Program-made: the position numbers and the translations under genes
The notes under the pieces: generated by a model
Database searches by the model: none
Told to the model about the DNA's origin: nothing
The model's input: only the letters and a program-made list of their open reading frames with translations
Assembly (NCBI GenBank): GCA_964353385.1
Contig: CAYGVP010000001.1
Coordinates: 1-28,025 of the forward strand
Length of the DNA: 28,025 bases
Source of the DNA: an uncultured Dehalococcoidaceae bacterium
GTDB taxonomy: Bacteria > Chloroflexota > Dehalococcoidia > Dehalococcoidales > RBG-16-60-22
Direction: 5' to 3'
In this document: piece after piece, positions 18,106 to 26,121 of the stretch
How positions within the stretch are numbered: the stretch's first letter is position 1
How the letters are laid out: every line of letters starts with the position of its first letter

Positions 18106-18554
18106 AAAGCCAAGCGGGCGCAACTATGGTAGAACTGATTACAGCCGTAGCTATAACCGGCATAATCGTCGCTTTTTTAGGTACGGCTATCTACCACATT
18201 ATTACCGTTTCTGAATACGGCAATGACGAGTTCACCGCTTTGCATGAGCTGCAAAACGCTGCCTACTGGTTTAGCAAGGACGGGCAAGAAGCGAAAGCAG
18301 CCGTCGGGGGCAGCCAACTCGTGCTGACGCTGACCGATAATTCCACGGTCACCTACACGCTGGTCGGTTCCAATTTACAACGTACTGCCGCTGGTCAGCA
18401 GATAATCCTGGCACGCAATATAAGCCGCGCTGATTTTTCAGTAAACAACCGCCTGGCGACAATGAGTCTGATTTCTGCCCCTCCCGGGAGGAATAATGTG
18501 AGCGAGAACGGAACATATATGATTAATTTAAGGCCGATTGAGGTGGAAAAATGA
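18102..18554 (+). CDS. Minor type IV pilin (PilW/GspJ-like)
   Basis: MKSQAG|ATMVELITAVAITGII with Glu5; YTLVGSNLQR beta region. Confidence 0.85.
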   Translation: MKSQAGATMVELITAVAITGIIVAFLGTAIYHIITVSEYGNDEFTALHELQNAAYWFSKDGQEAKAAVGGSQLVLTLTDNSTVTYTLVGSNLQRTAAGQQIILARNISRADFSVNNRLATMSLISAPPGRNNVSENGTYMINLRPIEVEK

Positions 18555-20065
18555 ACGGCGAAAAGGGGCAAGCCCTGCCTTTAGCCATCATGGCGCTTAC
18601 CATAGGCACACTGCTAATTGCGCCATTCCTGGGGCATGCCGGCAGCAGTATCATCGGGTCCAGGACATATGGCGAAGCTATAGACTACCGGAACGCTTGC
18701 GATGCAGGAGTGGAGCACGCCATCTGGAGTCTCTTTTATGACGAGCTGGGAGACCTGATACCCAATCCCGGTGACCAGATTACCTATCAATTACCGGAGA
18801 CAGTCAATGGTGTAACAACTTCCGTTACAATAACCTCTAACGCAAGCGGCGGCGGGGATATAGGGAGCATCAATAAAACCGTTATAGACAGATTCGATTT
18901 TGATGGGGCATACTGCAATACGCCTGATATGATACATGTCTCCGGCAATATTTACGCTATAGCTTATAATGGACCAGCTAACGATGGATTCGTCAAGACA
19001 GTGGAAATAGCCCTGGATGGAAGCATCACCAACAGCGCTATCGATACGCTGGAGTTCGATACGAGCGATTGTTATAATCCCAATATTATTTTCGTATCTA
19101 ACAATATTTACGCTATTGCTTACAGAGGGCCGAGCAACGACGGCTTTATCAAGACGGTATCTATTGCCTCCAATGGCGACATAGGCAACAGCGTTATCGA
19201 CACTCTTGAGTTTGATACCAGCGACTGCTACGAACCGGATATTACCTTTGTATCCGGCATATATTACGCTATCGCTTATAGGGGACCAGCTAGCGACGGC
19301 TTTCTTAAGACGGTAACGATAGCCGCCAATGGCGATATAAGCAATGCCGCCATCGACACATTGGAGTTTGACCCCAGCAATTGCTACGAACCGGATATCA
19401 TCTACATATCCCCGACATATTTTGCGATTGCATATCGGGGCGTAAGCAACGACGGCTTCCTGAAGACAGTGACCATTGCTGCTAATGGCGATATAGGCAA
19501 TAGCGTTATCGACACTCTGGAATTCGATACCAGCGACGGAGCTTACCCCTATATCATGAATATTTCCGGGAACACCTATGCCATAGTGTATACAGGCTCG
19601 AGTTCCGACGGTTTTATCAAAACGATGACAATTTCTGGTGTCGGTGATATATCCAACAGCGTTATCAGCAGCTTCGAATTCGACCCCGCCAACGGGCAGG
19701 AGCCTCAAATAATCCATATCGTAGGGAATACTTTTGCTATAGCCTATGACGGTCCCCAGAATGACGGATACCTGATAACCCTGCCGATAGAACCAAACGG
19801 CACCATTCCCGGTACGATAACCGATACCTTTGAATACGACACCAGCAACGGATATTTTCCGGATATCGTCGCTATCTCGGAAGGAATCGTCGCAATCGCT
19901 TATGACATCCCATCATCAAGGGGAAAGCTGGTTACTATTGGTGTTAATACCATTAGCGCCTTTAATGCTTATCGAATTAGAGTCACCGCCGGCGATACCG
20001 CTATTCAAGCCAGTGTAGTTACTGATAATACTTCAACATATATAACTGCCTGGCAGGTGCAATAA
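18551..20065 (+). CDS. Large PilX/GspK-like minor pilin with an inserted 52-aa repeat (predicted beta-propeller) domain
   Basis: MNGEKG|QALPLAIMALTIG (no Glu5, as in PilX/GspK), DAGVEHAIW, six full and two half repeats, C-terminal YRIRVTAG..IQASV..ITAW. Confidence 0.85.
   Translation: MNGEKGQALPLAIMALTIGTLLIAPFLGHAGSSIIGSRTYGEAIDYRNACDAGVEHAIWSLFYDELGDLIPNPGDQITYQLPETVNGVTTSVTITSNASGGGDIGSINKTVIDRFDFDGAYCNTPDMIHVSGNIYAIAYNGPANDGFVKTVEIALDGSITNSAIDTLEFDTSDCYNPNIIFVSNNIYAIAYRGPSNDGFIKTVSIASNGDIGNSVIDTLEFDTSDCYEPDITFVSGIYYAIAYRGPASDGFLKTVTIAANGDISNAAIDTLEFDPSNCYEPDIIYISPTYFAIAYRGVSNDGFLKTVTIAANGDIGNSVIDTLEFDTSDGAYPYIMNISGNTYAIVYTGSSSDGFIKTMTISGVGDISNSVISSFEFDPANGQEPQIIHIVGNTFAIAYDGPQNDGYLITLPIEPNGTIPGTITDTFEYDTSNGYFPDIVAISEGIVAIAYDIPSSRGKLVTIGVNTISAFNAYRIRVTAGDTAIQASVVTDNTSTYITAWQVQ
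18863..19945 (+). repeat. 156-bp/52-aa tandem coding repeats
   Basis: Consensus (I/Y/T)YAIAYxGPxNDGFxKTVxIAxNGDIxNSxIDTLEFDTSDCYEPDIxxVSxx; full copies span 18950-19885. Confidence 0.92.
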
Positions 20066-20100
20066 GAGATGCGAGGAAAAAACTTGTTTAAGAGAGATTT

Positions 20101-20664
20101 ATGAAAAAACGCGGAGCACTCATCATCATATTAATATTAGCGCTGCTGGTGGTCTATTATATTTTCGGCATGGATTACCTGAAGCAGCGGAACCAGAAAG
20201 AAAACCTGAAGGCTCAGATTTCTGAAGATACGGCGACGCTGTCTTTAATTCCCCTACCGCCTGCTGACCTCGAGCAGCAACTGGCTGACGCTGAAGATAG
20301 CCTGTGGGCAATAAAAGACACTTTGAAGATAGATACGAATATTACCCGAATCGTCAACGGCATTCTTAGATTGGGAAACGAGACCGGGGTCAAGGCGATA
20401 CCGCTATCAACGCAACCCTGGGTAATCGAGCATATTTCAAATCAGGACTACTCGGTTTTTCGCATTGACATAGCGATTACCGGAAACTTTACGCAAATGG
20501 CCGAGTTTTTAAAGCGCCTGGAAAACGGCGAACCTGAAACGCTTGTCCTTGAGTATTCGAAGGTCGAAAAAGCACCCGGCTCTTTCCTATCTGAAAGCCC
20601 GGGCGAAGGACCAATAAGCGCTAATATCAGACTAGCCATTTACACTCTACCTGTTATTGGTTGA
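20101..20664 (+). CDS. PilO-like pilus alignment protein
   Basis: N-terminal TM, coiled coil, then VFRIDIAITGNFTQMAEFLKRLE (PilO/GspM ferredoxin-like fold motif). Confidence 0.75.
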   Translation: MKKRGALIIILILALLVVYYIFGMDYLKQRNQKENLKAQISEDTATLSLIPLPPADLEQQLADAEDSLWAIKDTLKIDTNITRIVNGILRLGNETGVKAIPLSTQPWVIEHISNQDYSVFRIDIAITGNFTQMAEFLKRLENGEPETLVLEYSKVEKAPGSFLSESPGEGPISANIRLAIYTLPVIG

Positions 20665-20686
20665 TGGGAAAGGCTGAAATAAAAAT

Positions 20687-22198
20687 ATGTATGTCGCACT
20701 AAATATAAGCAGCCATAACATCAAATTACTATCGATGAAAGGTCGCCGGGTAGGAACATGGGCAACAGCCGACCTCGCTGAAGGCCTGGTGCATGACGGC
20801 CTGATTACGCAGCCCGAAGCTGTTGGAGAGGCGATAAATTCATTATTCAAGTCGACCGGGATACGGAAAAACAACGTTATTGTGAGCGTCGCGGGGTTAT
20901 CCTTTACCTACCGGTTTATCAGCCTGCCACGTATAAAACCCGCGTTACTTGAGGAAGCTCTCTTACGTGCCGCGAAAAAAGAGATATCTTTGCCTTTAGA
21001 AGAACTCTATATCTCGTGGAAACCGATACATAGCAAGGGTGAGGAGCAGGAATATTTTATCATCGGCGTGCCGCGTAATCTGGTCGATGCCACTGTTCAG
21101 ACTTTAAAAATAGCAAATGTGGAGCCTTACCTCATGGACGTGCGGCCGCTGGCTCTAGCGCGGGCAGCTCACCAGAACGATGCAATCGTTGTCAATATGG
21201 AGCCCGATTGTTTTGATATTGTCTTCATCACACAGGGTTTACCGACAGTAATACACACGATAAGCCCGAGGAGTGACGGAGCTACGATAGAAGATAATAT
21301 CCACCGCCTGGCGGACGAATTAACGAAAACGGCCGCCTTTTACCAAAGCAATCACCCTGATATACAACTGAATGGGTCGCTTCCTTTATTGCTTGCCGGA
21401 GAACTGGCAGCCGATACAAGAACCAGCCAGATGCTTCAATCTGAAATTGAATACCCGATCGAACCACTGATTCCACCGGTAGAATTTCCTGATAGATTAC
21501 CAATCGCTTCTTATGCCACCAATATCGGGCTGGCTACCAAAAGAACACCGTTAAAGTCACTTGACCACGGTAGTGTGTCACGCTTTTTTGATATTGATGT
21601 AAATATCTTAGAGGGGAAATACCGTAAGCCTAAAGCCAAACCTATCCCAATAAAGAACTGGTTATTGACATCTCTTCTTATAGCGGTTATCGCATGTCTA
21701 TTCCCGCTTTATCAGGCCAAGAGTCAAATAGCTGTAGAAAACAGCTCGCTGGAAGCAGCTTTGGATAACATTTACCGCGAACTTAATCTGGCAACCCTGG
21801 TAAACGCAGAAACCATGTTGACCCAGGGAAAAATCAGCGAGACTAATGCAATGGCTGAATCTCTAGAAACCACCAATAAGAATATTTTCAGCGTCAGGGG
21901 CAATTTCGATACGGGATTACAGAAGGTCACCCGGGACATGCCGCTAAACACCTCATTTACATCAATAGAAATCAAAAAAGATGTTATTGTAATTAAGGGA
22001 GAAACAGATAGCGTTTTTACGGTAATCGAATATGCGAAGGCATTGGAGGCCGAGGGCGTATTTACCCAAGTTCGTATTACAGACCTGGATGAAACATATA
22101 TTGCAGTTCCCGGGACAGAAGAAACCGAGGAGCCTTCTTTGCTTCAAGTGTATATTATTACATTCGAAATCCAAGCACAATTACCGCTACCTGAATAA
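20687..22198 (+). CDS. PilM-PilN fusion protein
   Basis: N-terminal PilM/actin-like region (LNISSHNIKLL, DVRPLALARA, LLAGE), TM WLLTSLLIAVIACLFPLY, coiled coil, and PilN-like C-terminus (MPLNTSFTSIEIKKDVIVIKGET..EYAKALE..FTQV). Confidence 0.8.
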   Translation: MYVALNISSHNIKLLSMKGRRVGTWATADLAEGLVHDGLITQPEAVGEAINSLFKSTGIRKNNVIVSVAGLSFTYRFISLPRIKPALLEEALLRAAKKEISLPLEELYISWKPIHSKGEEQEYFIIGVPRNLVDATVQTLKIANVEPYLMDVRPLALARAAHQNDAIVVNMEPDCFDIVFITQGLPTVIHTISPRSDGATIEDNIHRLADELTKTAAFYQSNHPDIQLNGSLPLLLAGELAADTRTSQMLQSEIEYPIEPLIPPVEFPDRLPIASYATNIGLATKRTPLKSLDHGSVSRFFDIDVNILEGKYRKPKAKPIPIKNWLLTSLLIAVIACLFPLYQAKSQIAVENSSLEAALDNIYRELNLATLVNAETMLTQGKISETNAMAESLETTNKNIFSVRGNFDTGLQKVTRDMPLNTSFTSIEIKKDVIVIKGETDSVFTVIEYAKALEAEGVFTQVRITDLDETYIAVPGTEETEEPSLLQVYIITFEIQAQLPLPE

Positions 22199-22210
22199 GG
22201 AGATAACCAG

Positions 22211-23284
22211 ATGCACATCAACGACCTGTTAAAGCTGGCTACAAAACGGAACGCTTCTGACCTGCATTTGAAGGTTGGCAATTATCCCGTTTTGCGCATT
22301 AATGGAGAACTCATATTACAGAAAGATTCAACCATAATCACACCGAAGGATATGGATATCATCTTCAATGAAGTAACTACCGAGACGCAAAGAGAAACAT
22401 ACGCCAGAGAACTAGAAGCGGATTTCGCTTATCAGGCTCAAGACGTCGGCCGCTTCCGTATCAATATCTCCCAGCAGGAAGGAACGATAAGTCTGACCTG
22501 CCGTCCGATCAGAGTGGAATTACCGACCATAGAAGACCTGGGACTGCCAGAAACATGCAAAACACTTGCCTTAAAGAGTAATGGCCTGGTAATAGTAACC
22601 GGGCCTACCGGCTGCGGTAAGTCGACGACCCTCGCCGCTATGATAAACTACCTCAACCATACTGTCAGTCGCAAGATTATCACTATCACAGACCCGATAG
22701 AATACTTGCATCATGATATCAAGTGCATCATTTCCCAGCGAGAAATTGGCCGAGATACCCGGTCTTTCGCCAATGCTTTAAAACACGCCATGCGTCAAGA
22801 CCCCGATGTCATAATGGTAGGAGAAATGCGAGACCTTGAGACAATGGCGACCGTACTTACCGCGGCGGAGACCGGACACCTGGTATTGACAACGCTTCAT
22901 ACACTGGGCGCGGCGGAGGCGATTGACCGTTTCATAGATGTTTTTCCGCCGCACCAGCAACAGCAGGTGCGCATTCAGTTATCCATCGTACTCGAAGGAG
23001 TTATTTACCAGCTATTAGTACCTCGCGCCGATAATTCAGGACGTTTGCCTGCCGTTGAAGTAATGCTGGCATTACCTGCCATCAAGAATCTCATACGCGA
23101 AGGGAAAACGTACCAGATGATGAACACTATACAAACGGGAACACAGTATGGCATGCAAACCCTGAACCAATCGCTGGCCGATCTCTGTAAAAGAGGGATA
23201 ATAACCTGCGAACAGGCTATGACCAGGAGCAGTGATACCGAAGAACTATCCGAGATGCTCGGTAGACAGATAGCACATCACTAA
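22211..23284 (+). CDS. pilT: Type IV pilus retraction ATPase PilT
   Basis: ASDLHL, GPTGCGKSTTLAAMI, QREIG.DT.SF..AL..AMRQDPDVIMVGEMRD.ET, AAETGHLVLTTLHT, AIKNLIRE (AIRNLIRE motif), GMQT. Confidence 0.93.
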   Translation: MHINDLLKLATKRNASDLHLKVGNYPVLRINGELILQKDSTIITPKDMDIIFNEVTTETQRETYARELEADFAYQAQDVGRFRINISQQEGTISLTCRPIRVELPTIEDLGLPETCKTLALKSNGLVIVTGPTGCGKSTTLAAMINYLNHTVSRKIITITDPIEYLHHDIKCIISQREIGRDTRSFANALKHAMRQDPDVIMVGEMRDLETMATVLTAAETGHLVLTTLHTLGAAEAIDRFIDVFPPHQQQQVRIQLSIVLEGVIYQLLVPRADNSGRLPAVEVMLALPAIKNLIREGKTYQMMNTIQTGTQYGMQTLNQSLADLCKRGIITCEQAMTRSSDTEELSEMLGRQIAHH

Positions 23285-23335
23285 TTATTCTTGGATACTT
23301 CGGGGTTTATTATTTTATTGAGGGAGGCATGAATT

Positions 23336-24046
23336 ATGGAAGTAATCAGACACAAGGAAATGAACAAAATAAATAACAAACTTCTATCAGCAGTCTCCCA
23401 TGAGTTACGTGCCCCGCTGGCGGCGATCAAGGGCTACTCAACGATGTTACTCGACTATTTACCCAAGCTTACGGCTGAAGAAACCAAGGAATATATTCAA
23501 TCTATAGATAATGCCACGGACAGGATGACCCGGCTCGTTGATGACCTTATGGACACGTCACATCTGGAGGAAGGAAGGCTCAACCTGGAAAAAACCCCAG
23601 TTGATATGGAAATCCTTATCAAAGCAACTGTTAAAGAAGCCGAAACCAGAACCAACCATCATGAAATCTTAACAGCGCTGAACCATAATTTGCCCAGAGT
23701 AAACATCGACCCAAAACGTATCCAGCAAGCGCTGGATAATCTAATCGATAATGCTGCCAGACTATCACCTCAAGGGACAGAAATTTTAATATCAGCGACC
23801 GCTGATGATAAAGAACTAGAGATAGGCGTTATCAGCGGCGACCCGGGCATACCTGACAGCGAGTTTTGCAGTATTCCCGAACTTATGTGTAGAATGGGTA
23901 AAACAACCTCACCGAGAGATAACGGCATGAATCTAGAATTATATATTTGCCAGCGGCTGATTGAAGCTCATGGCGGTCGAATATGGGCAGAGAGTATCTT
24001 AGGGAAAGGAACCAGTATTAAATTTACACTTCCATTAACTTCGTAA
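23336..24046 (+). CDS. Sensor-less histidine kinase-like protein with intact H-box but degenerate ATP-binding domain
   Basis: VSHELRAPLAAIKG; N-box DNLIDNA; G1 reads SGDPGI, F box IPELMCR, G2 GMNLEL; AHGGRIWAES..GKGT retained. Confidence 0.85.
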   Translation: MEVIRHKEMNKINNKLLSAVSHELRAPLAAIKGYSTMLLDYLPKLTAEETKEYIQSIDNATDRMTRLVDDLMDTSHLEEGRLNLEKTPVDMEILIKATVKEAETRTNHHEILTALNHNLPRVNIDPKRIQQALDNLIDNAARLSPQGTEILISATADDKELEIGVISGDPGIPDSEFCSIPELMCRMGKTTSPRDNGMNLELYICQRLIEAHGGRIWAESILGKGTSIKFTLPLTS

Positions 24047-24097
24047 AAAGTGTTAAAATATCGTCTTGCATATATTTTAAAACATGCCAAATTGGTT

Positions 24098-24103
24098 TAT
24101 AAT
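24098..24103 (+). promoter_or_regulatory. -10 element upstream of the OmpR-family regulator
   Basis: Perfect TATAAT in an AT-rich intergenic region; the -35 is weak (TTTTAA at 17 bp). Confidence 0.4.
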
Positions 24104-24145
24104 GTTTGATTGGAAGGTAGAACAGAGCAAAAACAGAGGGTTTAT

Positions 24146-24844
24146 ATGCCAAAAAAGAAAGCTCTAATACTGGTAGTGGATGATGACATCCGCATGTTGC
24201 GCATGATGAAGCGTATGCTGGAGCTGGAAGGTTTTGAAGCTACCACGGCTAACTGCGGCGAAGCTGCCTTAAAAACATTTGAAAAAGAAACCCCTGCGCT
24301 CGTGCTGCTTGATATTATGATGCCGGACATGGATGGATATGTAGTATGCCGACGTATTAGAGAGTTCTCCCAAGTCCCGATTATTATGGTTACCGCCAGA
24401 GGCGAAGATAAAGAAAAGGTGGAGGGCTTAAATATAGGCGCCGATGATTACGTTACCAAACCTTTTTCCGCCAGTGAACTGGCTGCCCGCGTCCGGGCGG
24501 TTCTGCGGCGTGTTAGCAGCCAAGAAATAACTCAAGAAGCTGTTTTTCGCTACAAGGATATGGTAATCGATTTTACATCACGGCGGGTTTTAGTTAATAA
24601 CCAGGAATTAAAATTAACCTCAACCGAATATAAGATGCTGTCTTACATCTCGCTTAACGCCGGGCGCGTGGTCACGCCGGACCAGCTATTGAACAAGGTC
24701 TGGGGTGAGGAATATGTTGGCGCGGCACACCTGCTCCAGGTAAATATCGCCAGATTGAGGAAAAAACTGGGCGATGATGCCAAGAAACCTGACTATATCC
24801 AGACCCGCCCGGGTATCGGATATATCATGTCAAAACTGCCTTAA
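24146..24844 (+). CDS. OmpR/PhoB-family (KdpE-like) response regulator
   Basis: ILVVDDD, LVLLDIMMPDMDG, GADDYVTKPF..EL.ARV; winged helix LTSTEYKML..GRVVT..LL..VWG..V.IARLRKKL..YI.T.PGIGY. Start set at the ATG at 24146. Confidence 0.95.
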   Translation: MPKKKALILVVDDDIRMLRMMKRMLELEGFEATTANCGEAALKTFEKETPALVLLDIMMPDMDGYVVCRRIREFSQVPIIMVTARGEDKEKVEGLNIGADDYVTKPFSASELAARVRAVLRRVSSQEITQEAVFRYKDMVIDFTSRRVLVNNQELKLTSTEYKMLSYISLNAGRVVTPDQLLNKVWGEEYVGAAHLLQVNIARLRKKLGDDAKKPDYIQTRPGIGYIMSKLP

Positions 24845-24886
24845 ACCGGTGCCCGTCATCCCCCCTGAATCATTAGACCCCCCCCA

Positions 24887-24920
24887 AGGTCTTCATGAAA
24901 ACGGAAGACCTCTCTTTATT
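24887..24920 (+). terminator. Probable intrinsic terminator after the OmpR-family gene
   Basis: 8-bp stem AGGTCTTC/GAAGACCT, 9-nt loop, followed by CTCTTTATT. Confidence 0.5.
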
Positions 24921-25027
24921 TCCGCTATGTAATGCCGCTGTTTCCGCGTATTTTACCTGTCAAAAACTCCCTACATATTTGCCATCCAAAGGCTACCGGC
25001 ATACCCATTTAGATATAATTGATTTTA

Positions 25028-25082
25028 ATGTGTTAGATTATGTCCTTTTTGTGATACCTGCGTGATATCCACTATATAAATT
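25028..25082 (+). promoter_or_regulatory. Phased direct-repeat operator plus -10 upstream of the Ubl-membrane gene
   Basis: ATGTGT 25028 (weak), TTGTGA 25049, GCGTGA 25060; TAAATT at 25077 begins 11 bp after the last repeat. Confidence 0.5.
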
Positions 25083-25190
25083 AACAATAGGGTAGATGGA
25101 GGGTTCTATTTACTTGAGGTGTAACTATTCTTAATAGGGACAAATTAACACAAGAGTATAACTTTACCCTCGGCTAGAACTGAAAAACAC

Positions 25191-25955
25191 ATGATAGAAA
25201 TTAAATTTAAAAACAACCGTGAAGAAGCAAATATAGCCGGGCGTTCCATCGCGGAAGCACGGGGGTTATATCAATCGGAGTTTGGCATCGCGGAAAAAGC
25301 CGTCGCCGTATTGAACGGCGAGAAAATCGGCTCCGCCGCGGAAGCTTTTGCTATCCTGATGGATGACGATAATCTGGTATTCAAAACAGTAAAAGGCAAC
25401 AAAGCAATGTACCTAGTCGGCGCACTACTGCTGACAATGGCTGCCACCGTCGGGTTGTTCGCCTCCGGGTACACTAACGCTACGGCTACGATTAATGCAG
25501 GAATAGCAGACTATGATTTCGCCTTAGTTACGGCCAACACATCAAGTATACCTTCATGGACCGCTCACGGGTTGCAGAAAAATTCCACCGGTTCCGGTAC
25601 CCTCTTCGATATTAATACTCAAACATCAGGTTATACCGGCGATATCATCGCTACTATTTCTCTGGCTAATGTCGACTCTCTCATCAAGGTCTACCGCAAT
25701 CTGACGCTATCCATAGAGGTCCGGGATTCTTTAAACAATCTGATGGATATTAATAGCGACAATATTTCAGATATTAACGACTATACTCTCCTGACGCTGG
25801 AAAACAGCGTGGTGTCATTATATATCGAGCAAAACGCCGCGAGTATATATACCGTTAAACTCAGGAGCGGCTACTATATCTGCAACATCGCTCAAAGCAA
25901 CTGGTCCAGCACTGATGGGACACCATTACTGTACTGTGAAGTTGCCCAGAGGTAA
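25191..25955 (+). CDS. Hypothetical protein: N-terminal ubiquitin-like (beta-grasp) domain, TM/signal helix, extracellular beta-rich domain
   Basis: aa 1-69 IEIKF..AGRSIAEAR..F.I..AVAVLNGEK..L.DDD.LVF..KG; aa 73-93 hydrophobic; Thr/Asn/Ser-rich beta-type remainder. The SD is weak. Confidence 0.7.
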   Translation: MIEIKFKNNREEANIAGRSIAEARGLYQSEFGIAEKAVAVLNGEKIGSAAEAFAILMDDDNLVFKTVKGNKAMYLVGALLLTMAATVGLFASGYTNATATINAGIADYDFALVTANTSSIPSWTAHGLQKNSTGSGTLFDINTQTSGYTGDIIATISLANVDSLIKVYRNLTLSIEVRDSLNNLMDINSDNISDINDYTLLTLENSVVSLYIEQNAASIYTVKLRSGYYICNIAQSNWSSTDGTPLLYCEVAQR

Positions 25956-26032
25956 TTTCTCCCTTCTTAAGACGGACGGGCAATATCTCACCATCTTTTT
26001 ATCTTAACGTCAATCCTGTCTAATTGATACCC

Positions 26033-26098
26033 TTGTGATGTTTTTGTGAGGTATTGTGAGATGTTTTTGATAACTTTGTGAGTCTATTTGAGTATTGT
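26033..26098 (+). promoter_or_regulatory. Five-unit phased TTGTGA array plus -10
   Basis: TTGTGA 26033, 26044, 26054; TTTTGA 26065; TTGTGA 26076; TATTGT at 26093 begins 11 bp after the last repeat. Confidence 0.75.
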
Positions 26099-26121
26099 TA
26101 GATAGACGGGGGGTATCAAAG

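Noticed and set aside
18791-19717. 308-aa antisense ORF
   Set aside because: Shadow of the repetitive pilin gene; stop-free by codon bias of the repeats, with no recognisable motifs or SD.
18863-19945. 156-bp repeats as a CRISPR array or diversity-generating element
   Set aside because: They are in-frame degenerate coding repeats with no spacers, no cas genes and no reverse transcriptase.
24860-24885. C6 and C8 homopolymers as phase-variation tracts
   Set aside because: They lie downstream of a stop codon beside a terminator stem, not in a coding region or promoter spacer.
651-25474. Numerous 60-160 aa alternative-frame and antisense ORFs in the track
   Set aside because: All overlap well-supported genes and lack SDs and recognisable motifs.
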